Source: Synechococcus sp.
GTDB taxonomy: Bacteria; Cyanobacteriota; Cyanobacteriia; PCC-6307; Cyanobiaceae
DNA length: 64,000 bases
Direction: 5' to 3'
Assembly (NCBI GenBank): GCA_047285535.1
Contig: JBJBDC010000001.1
Location: forward strand, 2,880,136 to 2,944,135
Below are positions 33,464 to 43,630 of the stretch, piece by piece. The position numbers were made by a program, and so were the translations under genes. Numbering within the stretch: the stretch's first letter is position 1; each line of letters begins with the position of its first letter. The notes beneath the pieces are model-generated. The model did not search any database. It worked only from the letters and a program-made list of their open reading frames with translations, and was not told the origin of the DNA.

Positions 33464-34882
33464 CTAGCAGCGCTGCCAGGGCCGTTCGATCAGTGCGGCG
33501 ATGAGCGCCAGCGCGGCCAGCACCCACAGCACGGGCAGTAGACCCACACTGCTGACCAGAGCGCCAGCCAGTACAAGCGGCAGGCTTAGGGCGATATTGA
33601 TCAGATTGTTCTGCAATCCGAACACTCTGCCTCTCTGGAATTCGGGTGTGTCCTCCTGAATCGTGGTCTGAGCAGGGATAGCGACAAAAGCGGCACCAAC
33701 TCCAAGAAGGGCACAAAGAATCAGGGTGTAGGGGAGATTGCCACGCAGCTCACCCAGGAGCACCAGGCTCCAGGTGATGGCTCCTAGGCCGGTGGCGGCG
33801 AGGCGCCTTCTGCTGAACCTGTGGCCAACCTGCGCTAGGACAACGGCTCCAATCGCCATGCCCAGTCCACTCATGGCTAGCAGAGGGCCAAACCCAGTCG
33901 GACCAAGCCCCTGGATTGCTGACGCGAGGCTGATTGAAAGCACGTAGAGGGCAGCGAGCAGGCTATAGAGCAAGACGAGATGAACCATGGCGGATCGTAC
34001 GGATGGTCGTGTTCTCAGAACCTCCATGCCCTCCATGATGTCCTTCCAAACAGACTCTCCAGACTCCTTCTGCGGTTGCTCCCGCATTCGGATTGTGCTC
34101 AGGACTATCGCTGCCATGCCGTAGCAGAAAGGCAGCAAAAGAAATTCACCCCCTTTGAGCCCCATTGAGAGGAACAGGCTGTGGAGCTGACTCAAGATTC
34201 GTTCGCCAAGCGCGAAACCCACAATCGTGGCCCCCATGCTGGTGGTTTGATAGAGCGAATTGGCTGCAAGGAGATGCTCTTGTGGCACCAGCAGAGGAAT
34301 AGCAGCCTGCTCGGCGGGAGCGAAGAACTGGGTCAGCACTGATTCGAGGAAGGTCATCACGAGCAACGCCCAGTAGCCCCAGCTCAGACCCAGTAAGTGG
34401 GGGCCAGGAAGCAGAAAAAATGGGGTGAAGATCACCAGCAGGGCACGTAAGCCGTTGGAGGCAACCATGACGCGCCGTTTAGGCCATCGGTCCACCCATA
34501 CTCCGGCGACAGAGCCCAGTACCATCGCTGGGATCGTATTAGCCACGTAAACGCCAGTGGCCAGCAGGGTGATCCTCTGCGCGCGAGTCTCGAAGTCCAT
34601 TCGGATCGCTGAGGCAATCTCCGATAGGGCTCCGCTGTCTTGCGGGGTGCTCGTCACCCAGTACTGAGCGATCAAGTACACCATTAAAACGATGTAGAAC
34701 TTGTCCGCGAGTTGGGAGAAGATCTGACCGATCCAGAGACGCCGGAAACCATCCAGATGGATCACGGCCTGTAGGCCGCGGCGACCTTGTGGGTTGGCGC
34801 TCGTAGGCAGGGCCGGGTCCGGACTATTTAGGGGGGGACCGCTCAAAATGGATTCAATAGCGGGATCATGTTCGCCCACCAC
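33464..34882 (-). CDS. MFS transporter
   Basis: AGVWVDRWPKRRVM motif A and about 12 TM helices. Start is uncertain. Confidence 0.9.
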   Translation of the reverse strand: MVGEHDPAIESILSGPPLNSPDPALPTSANPQGRRGLQAVIHLDGFRRLWIGQIFSQLADKFYIVLMVYLIAQYWVTSTPQDSGALSEIASAIRMDFETRAQRITLLATGVYVANTIPAMVLGSVAGVWVDRWPKRRVMVASNGLRALLVIFTPFFLLPGPHLLGLSWGYWALLVMTFLESVLTQFFAPAEQAAIPLLVPQEHLLAANSLYQTTSMGATIVGFALGERILSQLHSLFLSMGLKGGEFLLLPFCYGMAAIVLSTIRMREQPQKESGESVWKDIMEGMEVLRTRPSVRSAMVHLVLLYSLLAALYVLSISLASAIQGLGPTGFGPLLAMSGLGMAIGAVVLAQVGHRFSRRRLAATGLGAITWSLVLLGELRGNLPYTLILCALLGVGAAFVAIPAQTTIQEDTPEFQRGRVFGLQNNLINIALSLPLVLAGALVSSVGLLPVLWVLAALALIAALIERPWQRC

Positions 34883-35765
34883 CGTTCATCGCGGCATCGC
34901 CGCTAATCGAAGTGGATGGGCAGGCGCTGGTGACAGCCTGTCGCAGCATGGAAAAAGAACGTACTGGTCGAGGAAGATGCGCTCTGCACCAGCACTCCAA
35001 AAGGGTCAATAGACGCAACCAAACGGATCTTGGTCCCATCAATTCGCCATCTTGGCGGTGAGGGAGTTCGAGCCGCGTTAACCGTTGCAATAAGGCCAGT
35101 TCTGAGGGGTTGATCTGGATGGCAGCACCGGCTTGAGACCCAATGGCCAGACCCTCTTCTGCAAGAAGACTGCAACGCCAATCCCACTGACCGATGGGTG
35201 GAGACAGGGGTGCTCCGCTGCGACAACAGATCTGGAGTGGGAGGCCATATCCGCCCAGAGCAAGAAGATGCACGCAGGCCTGAACCAGCGTTGCCAAGGA
35301 TCTATCAACAAAAGTGCTGTCAAGGCTGTTTGGGATCAGGTTCTCTGTTTTGAGACTGTTGTTTTGGGCGACAGGCTTGCGTCGAGATAGATCTTCCAGT
35401 CTCTCGAGATGCATCAATACGGCACTCAAAAATCCTGGTACGGGATCATCTCGCCCTACTAATGAGATGGAGAGCTCTGACAAGGCTTGGGCGGCCGCAA
35501 GTGTTTCCAATCGCTGCCCAACCTTGCCAAAATTGTGCTGAACCTGAAGCTGGCGAACTCTTAAGAGGCCGTTGCGCCCTCCCACCTGAAGCTCCAGTGT
35601 GGTGAGAGGAACTGCTGCAGCCATACTGCTGCGCGGTTTGCGTGCCCCCGGCACCGCCAGATGAATCAACCCAGCTTCATCACTCAGCAGTGTGAGCAGT
35701 CTGTCGTGGTCTCCTAAGGGCCCCACTTTTAAAGCCAGTCCTTCAAGCCGCCGTTCCGGGCTCAT
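34866..35765 (-). CDS. recO: DNA repair protein RecO
   Basis: GDHDRLLTLL, PGARKPRS; upstream neighbour is deoC. Confidence 0.9.
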   Translation of the reverse strand: MSPERRLEGLALKVGPLGDHDRLLTLLSDEAGLIHLAVPGARKPRSSMAAAVPLTTLELQVGGRNGLLRVRQLQVQHNFGKVGQRLETLAAAQALSELSISLVGRDDPVPGFLSAVLMHLERLEDLSRRKPVAQNNSLKTENLIPNSLDSTFVDRSLATLVQACVHLLALGGYGLPLQICCRSGAPLSPPIGQWDWRCSLLAEEGLAIGSQAGAAIQINPSELALLQRLTRLELPHRQDGELMGPRSVWLRLLTLLECWCRAHLPRPVRSFSMLRQAVTSACPSTSISGDAAMNGGGRT

Positions 35766-36442
35766 TGCTGATGCCGTAGGGCCTGGATCAGTGCTGGACC
35801 ATGACTGGTCCCAAGGGCGGTTGCACCTTCCTCTATCAGATCCAAGGCTGTCTCCAACCGTTGAATGCCGCCAGCCGCTTTGATCGCGCAGCGGCCCTTG
35901 GCAAGCTCTTTAAGAATGCGGACTTGAATGGGTGTCGTGGCAGGTCCAAATCCGTTCCCTGCTTGTAAGCATGCGGCACCCGCATCGATGGCAGCTTCCG
36001 TGGCCAACTTCAGATGCTCTGGAGGCAAACGGTTGACATCCAAAATCACAGTCACCGGTAGGCCGAGACCACTGATCTGAGCGAGATCCTCGGCATAGGA
36101 TTCGATCCGACCTGCGGTTAAGGCGCTGAGGTCAGGAACCACATCTAGGGCATCAGCTCCTCTGCTACCGGCCCATTCCGCCTGAGCCAGTTTGAGCTCC
36201 GCTGGGATGGTTCCGAAAGGGAAGGCCACAACAGCAAACAAACGCAGGCGATCGTTAGGTCCAATTCGGTGTCGTACCTTTTCGAGATGGCAGAGGCTGG
36301 TGCAGAGCCCTCCAAAGCCCAGCAAACGCGCTGCATCACAAAGGTTGAAAAGAGCCTCTTCCTCAAGAAGGGGATCTAAAATTGCCTGATGAATCAGCGG
36401 AGGCAACTCTGGTAGCTCCCGCTTGGGTTTGGACGCGGTCAT
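35762..36442 (-). CDS. deoC: Deoxyribose-phosphate aldolase-like protein
   Basis: VVAFPFG, IKAAGGI, LGTS. Confidence 0.85.
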   Translation of the reverse strand: MTASKPKRELPELPPLIHQAILDPLLEEEALFNLCDAARLLGFGGLCTSLCHLEKVRHRIGPNDRLRLFAVVAFPFGTIPAELKLAQAEWAGSRGADALDVVPDLSALTAGRIESYAEDLAQISGLGLPVTVILDVNRLPPEHLKLATEAAIDAGAACLQAGNGFGPATTPIQVRILKELAKGRCAIKAAGGIQRLETALDLIEEGATALGTSHGPALIQALRHQQ

Positions 36443-36458
36443 CGTTGTGATGAGCTGA

Positions 36459-37043
36459 CTAGTTACGCGCTTGAATCACGCCATAGCCACCGTGATTGCG
36501 GTGATAGATCACCTGCAGCTCTCCGCTGGCTTTATCTCGAAAGAGGTAAAAGTCATGGTCGATCAGATCGAGCTGTTGGCGTGCCTCATCGAGACTCATC
36601 GCTGGCATGGCGAAATATTTGCGCCGCACACCTGGAGTAGGTAGCTGGGCTTCTTTCCCCTTCAGAAGAGACTCGTCAGTTGGACCAGTGGGACTTTCGG
36701 AGAGCAGTTCTTCATTGGGCTCGCTGAGGCTGGAGCGATGTCCATGTCCGCTGTGGCGTTCCTTGAACCGTCGGAGCTGACGCGCCAGCTTGCTCGCGAC
36801 GAGGTCAATGCTCGCGTAAAGGTTTTCACTTCTTTCCTGGGCGCGGATCACTGTTCCATTGGCAAACACAGTCACTTCTGCGGTTTGTTGCGGAACTCTT
36901 GGATTGCGAGCTACGGAAAGGTGTACATCCGCTTCCTTCACGAGGTCATTGAAGTGATGGATGGCACGTTCCAGTTTTGTTTCGGTGTATTCCCGCAGTG
37001 CGGGAGTCACATCCAAATTGCGACCATGGATCAGAAGCTTCAA
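36459..37043 (-). CDS. hpf: Ribosome hibernation promoting factor (long HPF/LrtA)
   Basis: [39 protein letters not shown] start. Confidence 0.95.
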   Translation of the reverse strand: MKLLIHGRNLDVTPALREYTETKLERAIHHFNDLVKEADVHLSVARNPRVPQQTAEVTVFANGTVIRAQERSENLYASIDLVASKLARQLRRFKERHSGHGHRSSLSEPNEELLSESPTGPTDESLLKGKEAQLPTPGVRRKYFAMPAMSLDEARQQLDLIDHDFYLFRDKASGELQVIYHRNHGGYGVIQARN

Positions 37044-37054
37044 GGCGTTTTCCT

Positions 37055-37777
37055 TTGCCTGTTTCTACCGGCAACTTACTAACTGAGCGTGCACCAGGAA
37101 AGCTGTCTTCGGCATTTCTTTTTGAGCCTGCTGCTCCAGTGTCTTTCTCTTCCGCTTGGGAGTTGCAACGTCAATGGCAGCATCGCTTACTCGCTGCTGA
37201 GGAGCCGGCGATGGAAGCGGTTTGGATTCTTCAACATCCGTCTTGCTTCACCCTTGGGCGAGGAGCGACTCAGGAGCACTTGCGGTTTGATCGCGAACAC
37301 CCCCCAGCGCCCCTGCATCGCATCGATCGTGGCGGTGAGGCGACACACCATGCACCCGGGCAGTTGGTTGTTTATCCCGTGTTAGATCTTCGACGCCGAG
37401 AACCAGATCTTCACTGGTACATGCGCCAGCTCGAGCAAGTGGTGATTGATGTGCTGGCTGCGTTTGATCTGAGGGGTGAACGCATTGCAAAGCTCACGGG
37501 CGTTTGGTTAGAGGGCCGAAAAGTGGCGGCCATCGGGGTGAGTTGTCGTCGCTGGATCACCCAACACGGCCTTGCCCTTAATGTCTCCTGCTCCATGGAT
37601 GGATTCGAGCAGATTGTGCCCTGTGGAATCTCAGATCGTCCTGTGGATCGTTTGCAACGCTGGATTCCTGATATCACCCCTGAGTTGGTCCAGCCGATCT
37701 TGCGGGATGCGCTGGCAAAACGTCTTTCACTTCAATGGTGCACGCTTGCTGGCCTCGATCCAGGGTGGTACTCCTAG
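37055..37777 (+). CDS. lipB: Octanoyltransferase
   Basis: [37 protein letters not shown]. Start taken as TTG 37055. Confidence 0.93.
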   Translation: MPVSTGNLLTERAPGKLSSAFLFEPAAPVSFSSAWELQRQWQHRLLAAEEPAMEAVWILQHPSCFTLGRGATQEHLRFDREHPPAPLHRIDRGGEATHHAPGQLVVYPVLDLRRREPDLHWYMRQLEQVVIDVLAAFDLRGERIAKLTGVWLEGRKVAAIGVSCRRWITQHGLALNVSCSMDGFEQIVPCGISDRPVDRLQRWIPDITPELVQPILRDALAKRLSLQWCTLAGLDPGWYS

Positions 37778-37797
37778 TCGCAAGCTGAAACAACGTT

Positions 37798-39744
37798 GTG
37801 GATTCGTTTGCGCATGCCAGCTGGCGATCGACCCCTTGGGAGTTGAAAACACTTGCTCGGCAGCAGCATGTGCAAGACCTAGGGCGAGTGGATCAGCTTT
37901 GGCCATGGCTTGAGCAGCATCATGGTGCGTTGTTGGCGGTGGATGCTCCCCACGCCACGCATCCTGAGCGCTTCACTTACGCAGAGTTGTCCCAACGCAT
38001 TACGGCTGCGGCTGCAGGTTTTTGTTCGCTTGGTATCCGTGAGGGGGAGGTGGTTGGACTGTTCGCAGAAAACAGTCCCCGCTGGCTGATGGCCGATCAA
38101 GGATTGATGCGCGCCGGTGCAGCGGATGCGGTGAGGGGGGCTTCGGCTCCAGTGGAGGAGTTGCGTTACATCCTTGAAGATGCAAAGGCTGTGGCTCTGG
38201 TCGTGCAAAACGCTGACCTCTGGCAACGTCTTGAGTTGTCCCCGGATCGGCGACGACAACTGCGCTTTGTCTTGCAGCTCGAGGGAGAGGCGGAAGATCA
38301 AGACGTGATCTGTTGGGCTGATTTCTTGGCGGCAGGTGCCAATCAAGATGCCCCTCAGCCAGCCGTCGGTCGAAACGCTGACACCGCAGACAGCCCGACT
38401 GCCACCATCCTTTACACCTCAGGGACAACAGGTCAGCCAAAAGGAGTTCCACTCAGTCACGCCAACCTGCTGCATCAAATGCGGACCCTGAGCTGTGTGG
38501 CGCGACCAGAACCTGGTGCACCTGTACTGAGCGTTTTGCCGATTTGGCATGCGTACGAAAGAAGTGCTGAGTATTACTTTTTTTCTTGCGCCTGCACTCA
38601 GAGCTACACCACAATCAAGCAGCTGAAGCGGGATCTGCCCCGGGTGAAGCCTGTGGTGATGGTCACAGTACCGCGCCTATGGGAGGCGGTTCAGGCCGGT
38701 TTTGAAGATGTGCTTAAAACCTTCCCGTCTTCTCGGCAACGGTTACTGCGCGCGGCACTATCCAATAGCGGTGCCTATTGCTTAGCCCGTCGCCAGAGCC
38801 GCAATCTTCTTTTGAAGCCCTTGGGCCGGCGGATGCGCTTGATGGCGCGCTTGGAAGCAGCCTGGCGCTGGCCTGCCCATGCCCTGGCATCCAAGCTGAT
38901 TTGGCCAAAGCTCAGGCTGCAACTCAGTGGGGGTCAGCTTCAGTTCCCGATTAATGGAGGAGGGGCAATTGCGCCTCATGTCGATTCTTTTTTTGAGGCG
39001 GTGGGGATTGAGTTATTGGTGGGTTATGGCCTCACCGAAACCAGTCCTGTTGTGAGTTGTCGGCGTCCATGGCGCAATATTCGCGGAAGTTCAGGTCAGC
39101 CTTTACCTCAAACGGAATTCAGGATCGTTGATGCTGAGACGAGAAAGCCAATGGGCTTTCGGGAGTGTGGTGTCGTCTTGGTGCGCGGTCCTCAGGTGAT
39201 GAGTGGATATTTGGGCCGTCCAGAGGCAACCGCAAAAGTGCTTGATGAGAATGGCTGGTTTGATACCGGTGATCTAGGCCTGCTGTTGCCCGACGGGTCG
39301 GTGGTCCTGACTGGCCGCGCGAAGGACACGATTGTTCTCAGTAGTGGAGAAAACATCGAGCCTGCTCCTTTGGAGGAGGAGTTGGTTTCAAGCCCACTGA
39401 TCGAACAGGTGATGCTCGTTGGCCAAGATCAACGTCAGCTCGCGGCCTTGGTTGTGCCGCGCCACGAGGAGATGTTGGCTTGGGGGGAGAAGCAGGGCCT
39501 TAGCTTGTCCAAGGATCTCGGAGGAACTCCGGGAGATCAACACTTGCGCCGGCTCCTGCGCGGGGAACTCAATCGCTTGCTCAGTTTGCGAGTTGGGTCT
39601 CGTTCGGATGAGCGGGTCATCGGTGTGGTGTTAGTGGAGCCGTTCACCCTTGAGAACGGCCTGCTCACTCAGACCTTGAAGCAGCGCCGTGATCGAATCA
39701 GCGATCGTGATCGGGAGTCGATTGCTGCTCTTTACGGAGGTTGA
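37798..39744 (+). CDS. Long-chain acyl-CoA/acyl-ACP synthetase (AMP-binding)
   Basis: YTSGTTGQPKGV, GYGLTET, WFDTGD, GRAKD. Confidence 0.92.
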   Translation: MDSFAHASWRSTPWELKTLARQQHVQDLGRVDQLWPWLEQHHGALLAVDAPHATHPERFTYAELSQRITAAAAGFCSLGIREGEVVGLFAENSPRWLMADQGLMRAGAADAVRGASAPVEELRYILEDAKAVALVVQNADLWQRLELSPDRRRQLRFVLQLEGEAEDQDVICWADFLAAGANQDAPQPAVGRNADTADSPTATILYTSGTTGQPKGVPLSHANLLHQMRTLSCVARPEPGAPVLSVLPIWHAYERSAEYYFFSCACTQSYTTIKQLKRDLPRVKPVVMVTVPRLWEAVQAGFEDVLKTFPSSRQRLLRAALSNSGAYCLARRQSRNLLLKPLGRRMRLMARLEAAWRWPAHALASKLIWPKLRLQLSGGQLQFPINGGGAIAPHVDSFFEAVGIELLVGYGLTETSPVVSCRRPWRNIRGSSGQPLPQTEFRIVDAETRKPMGFRECGVVLVRGPQVMSGYLGRPEATAKVLDENGWFDTGDLGLLLPDGSVVLTGRAKDTIVLSSGENIEPAPLEEELVSSPLIEQVMLVGQDQRQLAALVVPRHEEMLAWGEKQGLSLSKDLGGTPGDQHLRRLLRGELNRLLSLRVGSRSDERVIGVVLVEPFTLENGLLTQTLKQRRDRISDRDRESIAALYGG

Positions 39745-39816
39745 TGGCTGTATCCACTGATTTGGCTTGACCTCTGACCACCGGACTGAGACCCTTGGCA
39801 CTACTTCACGAATTTC

Positions 39817-40260
39817 ATGTCGGACGGCCCCACCCTGTCGATTAAGCGCACTATCACCATTCGTGCGGTGGTGACGCCAGCCTGGAAGGAGGAAGCGGAA
39901 CGTGAGTTGAGCAATGGCATAGCGACCACTGATCAGCAGCTTGCGCAGCTGGAGCAAGAGGGTCAGCAGGTGGTCGATGATGTACGTCGTCAAAGCGCTA
40001 ATCCTCTTGATCCCAGGGTCCAAGAGCAGGTGGCTCAGGTGCAGCAACAAGTTGCTGCAAAACGCGCTGAGCTGGAGGAACAAAAGCGAAACCTGCTGCA
40101 ACAACAGGCTCAAGTGCGCGAATTAGAGATGGAGCAGATTGTTGAACAGGGACAACTCGATAGTTTCTGTGACATTGAAGTTGGAGACAACTTGGTGAAG
40201 AAAATGCAGGTTGCCGTTGTTGTGCGAGACGGTGTGATCGAGTCGATCGATCAGGGCTAA
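39817..40260 (+). CDS. YlqD-family protein
   Basis: IKRTITIRAVVTP.WKEE, central coiled coil, VGDNLV.KM. Confidence 0.8.
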   Translation: MSDGPTLSIKRTITIRAVVTPAWKEEAERELSNGIATTDQQLAQLEQEGQQVVDDVRRQSANPLDPRVQEQVAQVQQQVAAKRAELEEQKRNLLQQQAQVRELEMEQIVEQGQLDSFCDIEVGDNLVKKMQVAVVVRDGVIESIDQG

Positions 40261-40304
40261 CCCGCGCCGTAAAATCTCTCCGGTTAGCTCTTCTGGAGAC
40301 GGTT

Positions 40305-41642
40305 TTGTCAACCCACGACATTTTTATGCCTGCCCTTAGCTCCACCATGACGGAGGGCAAGATCGTGGAATGGCTCAAACAGCCCGGTGAGAAGGTGGCG
40401 CGCGGTGAATCCGTTCTCGTTGTTGAGTCGGATAAAGCTGATATGGATGTGGAGTCGTTTCAGGACGGCTATCTGGCGGCTGTCTTGATGCCTGCAGGGA
40501 GTACGGCTCCTGTCGGTGAAACCATTGGTTTGATCGTAGAGACGGAAGCTGAGATCGCTGAAGTGAAGGCCAAAGCCCCCTCCGCTCCAGCTGCTGCTGC
40601 AGCCCCCACTGTTTCTGCGGTGGAACCAGGTCCGGCAGCATCGGCTGATCCCGCCCCTGTTGCTGTCGCTCCTGCATCTGCACCAGCTCCAGTTGTTGCG
40701 CCCGCTCCAGTTGCCAGTCCAGTGAGTAACGGACGCTTGATCGTCAGTCCTCGCGCTCGCAAGCTTGCCTCCCAAATGGGTGTGGATTTAGCTGGTTTGC
40801 GAGGTAGTGGACCGAATGGCCGCATTCAGGCCGAGGATGTGGAAAAGGCTGCTGGACGAGCAATTACCCCGCCTCGTGTAGGTGAAGGCACATCTGCTGC
40901 TGTCGTTGTTAGTGCAGCTGCAGTTGATGCACCGACGAAAGCCCCAGCAGGCAACAGTTTTGGTGCTCCTGGTGACACCGTTGCGTTCAACACTCTTCAA
41001 ACCGCAGTCAATCGCAACATGGAAGCCAGCCTTGCTGTGCCCTGCTTCCGGGTTGGATACACCATCACCACAGACAAGTTCGATGCTTTTTACAAGCAGG
41101 TAAAGAATAAAGGCGTCACCATGACAGCCCTTCTTGCCAAAGCTGTGGCCGTGACCTTGGCCCGTCATCCTCAAGTGAATGCGGCCACGTCTGCCTCTGG
41201 GATGAGTTACCCCGCTGAGCTCAATGTGGCTGTCGCTGTTGCCATGGAAGACGGAGGATTGATTACGCCTGTGTTGCGAAATGCCGATCGCACTGATCTC
41301 TATGAGCTCTCACGTCAGTGGGGGGATCTGGTGAAGCGCTCGCGCAGCAAACAGTTGCAGCCCGAGGAATACAGCACCGGAACCTTCACCCTCTCCAATC
41401 TCGGTATGTTCGGTGTGGATCGCTTCGATGCCATCCTTCCTCCCGGCACCGGCGCCATCCTTGCGGTGGCGGCTTCAAGACCTGCCGTTGTGGCTGGAAA
41501 GGATGGCTCCATCGCTGTGAAGCGGCAGATGCAGGTCAATCTCACGGCGGACCACCGCGTGATCTACGGCGCCGATGGGGCCGCGTTCCTCCAGGATCTT
41601 GCGGAATTGATTGAAACCCGTCCTGAAAGTCTGGCGATCTGA
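40305..41642 (+). CDS. pdhC: Pyruvate dehydrogenase E2, dihydrolipoamide acetyltransferase
   Basis: Lipoyl domain ESDKA, Ala/Pro linker, GSGPNGRI binding domain and catalytic DHRVIYG. Confidence 0.97.
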   Translation: MSTHDIFMPALSSTMTEGKIVEWLKQPGEKVARGESVLVVESDKADMDVESFQDGYLAAVLMPAGSTAPVGETIGLIVETEAEIAEVKAKAPSAPAAAAAPTVSAVEPGPAASADPAPVAVAPASAPAPVVAPAPVASPVSNGRLIVSPRARKLASQMGVDLAGLRGSGPNGRIQAEDVEKAAGRAITPPRVGEGTSAAVVVSAAAVDAPTKAPAGNSFGAPGDTVAFNTLQTAVNRNMEASLAVPCFRVGYTITTDKFDAFYKQVKNKGVTMTALLAKAVAVTLARHPQVNAATSASGMSYPAELNVAVAVAMEDGGLITPVLRNADRTDLYELSRQWGDLVKRSRSKQLQPEEYSTGTFTLSNLGMFGVDRFDAILPPGTGAILAVAASRPAVVAGKDGSIAVKRQMQVNLTADHRVIYGADGAAFLQDLAELIETRPESLAI

Positions 41643-41716
41643 ATCAGATCAGCGGAAGACACTCAGCTGCCGAGCTCAGGGAACCTTGCCACTCTTGAAG
41701 TGGTGTAGCTCGATCT

Positions 41717-43597
41717 GTGTCTGTTCGATCCTTTTCACGCCTGCTGGGTCGCCCCCTGCCACGTTCCAGTGCCAAGGATGAGCGACTGCCCAACCTTCAG
41801 GCTCTGCCGATCCTGTCCTCGGATGCTCTGTCATCCGTGGCTTATGCCACGGAAGCGGCGCTTGGAATTCTGATTCTGGGAGGCAGCGCCGCTCTTCGGC
41901 TATCGCTGCCCATCACCGTGGCGATCATTGCCTTGATCACGATCGTGGTGCTGTCGTATCGGCAGGCGATCTCGGCCTATCCCCATGGTGGCGGTTCCTA
42001 CGTGGTGGCCCGCGACAATCTCGGACGTAATTTGGGATTGGTTGCAGCCGCTGCGCTGCTGATCGACTACACCCTCACTGCAGCGGTCAGCCTGATGGCC
42101 GGAACGCAGGCACTGTCGTCACTGGATCCATCCTTGTTGGCCTACGAGGTTCCGATCGCCCTGCTGCTGCTCGTGCTCGTGGGCTGGGCCAACCTGCGCG
42201 GGGTGAAGGAGGCGGGGCGTGTGTTCTCCGTTCCCACCTATGCCTTTGTGGTGATGATTGTTCTGCTCACGGTTGCTGGGCTCAAGGACCTCACCTTCCA
42301 TCACGGCTGGAGTCCTGATCCGCCCCCTCTCACGACTGCGCTGCAGCCCATCGGCTTGTTTCTGATTCTCCGGGCATTCAGCTCAGGATGTTCAGCGATG
42401 ACTGGTATCGAAGCCATCGCTAATGGTGTTCAGGTTTTCCGGGAGCCTGCTCCCGTCAATGCCCGCAAAACCCTACTGGTGATGGGTGTTCTGCTCTCGG
42501 TGATGTTTCTTGCGGTCAGCACCATGGGATTCATGTATGGAGTCGCACCCAATCCCGACCTCACCGTGTTGGCTCAGATCGGTCAGCGTGTATTTGGCGA
42601 TGGCAGCGCTCTGTACTGGCTCCTGCAGATCTCAACGCTGCTGATTTTGGTGCTGGCAGCGAATACAGCCTTCTCCGGATTCCCTCGTCTGGCGGCAATG
42701 CTGGCGGAAGACCACTGTTTGCCCATGCAGATGAAGCTGCTGGGTGATCGGCTCGTCTACCAGAACGGGATCGGGGTGCTGGTCGCGATCACGGCGCTGA
42801 TCATCGTGATCTGCCGGGGTGACACCACCGTGGCGGTCAATCTTTACGCCCTTGGAGTCTTCACCGCTTTCACGCTCTCTCAACTGGGCCTGGTGTGTCG
42901 CTGGTGGAAGCGGCGTGGAGAGGGCTGGCGCGGGCGGATGGCGATGAATGCGCTCGGATCGCTCACCACCTTTGTGGTGTTGCTGGTGATCGTAGTGAGC
43001 AAATTTGATGAGGGGGCCTGGACCGTGGTGATCGCTATTCCTCTGCTGGTGTGGGGACTGGCCTTGATCCGCCGCCGCTATCGGGAGATCTTCGCTGCCC
43101 TGGCTCTGGACCCTAATGGGTCGTCACTGAAGCTGGTTCCCCGTGATCCACCCACCGGGCACCATGCGATCGTTTGGGTCGCGAGCGTGATGCAACCATC
43201 TTTCGAGGCGTTGCGCTACGCCTGTTCATTCGCCGATTCGGTCACTGCGGTGATGGTGGTGCAGAAGGAAGAGGATGCCGGTCAGCTCAGCCAAATGTGG
43301 GATCGCTATGCGGGCACGGATACTGGTGCTCTTGAGCTGGTGCTGCTCAACAGCCCATACAGTTCGTTGCTGGATCCCTTCTGTGACTTTGTTATGGAGC
43401 AGGAGCGACGCCATCCCGAGCGCACCACCACCGTGGTCATGCCTGTCGCTATTCCCAGGGATCGACTGGATATGGCTCTGCTCAACCAAAGGGTTCTCAA
43501 TCTGTTCGAGGCGCTTTCCACCGACCAGAGCCGCGTATTTTCGATTGTGCGCTATTTCGTTCCCCGCTTGAGCAGCAAGAGCGGGTCAGTGTCCTGA
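41717..43597 (+). CDS. APC-superfamily permease, KimA/YdaO-like putative K+/H+ symporter
   Basis: LSSDALSSVAYA, GGGSY, LLIDY.LT.AVS, GCSAMTGIEAI.NG; about 12 TM helices plus a cytosolic C-domain. Confidence 0.8.
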   Translation: MSVRSFSRLLGRPLPRSSAKDERLPNLQALPILSSDALSSVAYATEAALGILILGGSAALRLSLPITVAIIALITIVVLSYRQAISAYPHGGGSYVVARDNLGRNLGLVAAAALLIDYTLTAAVSLMAGTQALSSLDPSLLAYEVPIALLLLVLVGWANLRGVKEAGRVFSVPTYAFVVMIVLLTVAGLKDLTFHHGWSPDPPPLTTALQPIGLFLILRAFSSGCSAMTGIEAIANGVQVFREPAPVNARKTLLVMGVLLSVMFLAVSTMGFMYGVAPNPDLTVLAQIGQRVFGDGSALYWLLQISTLLILVLAANTAFSGFPRLAAMLAEDHCLPMQMKLLGDRLVYQNGIGVLVAITALIIVICRGDTTVAVNLYALGVFTAFTLSQLGLVCRWWKRRGEGWRGRMAMNALGSLTTFVVLLVIVVSKFDEGAWTVVIAIPLLVWGLALIRRRYREIFAALALDPNGSSLKLVPRDPPTGHHAIVWVASVMQPSFEALRYACSFADSVTAVMVVQKEEDAGQLSQMWDRYAGTDTGALELVLLNSPYSSLLDPFCDFVMEQERRHPERTTTVVMPVAIPRDRLDMALLNQRVLNLFEALSTDQSRVFSIVRYFVPRLSSKSGSVS

Positions 43598-43630
43598 GGC
43601 AGCATGGATTGATCACGTTCAAGTCTTGTA

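Noticed and set aside
35310..35390. Apparent insertion in RecO (possible intein or mobile remnant)
   Set aside because: It is short, in frame and lacks splicing motifs; most likely a variable loop.
41643..41716. c-di-AMP (ydaO) riboswitch upstream of the KimA-like gene
   Set aside because: The gap is only 74 bp and shows just a partial AGGGAACC match; the other conserved elements are absent.
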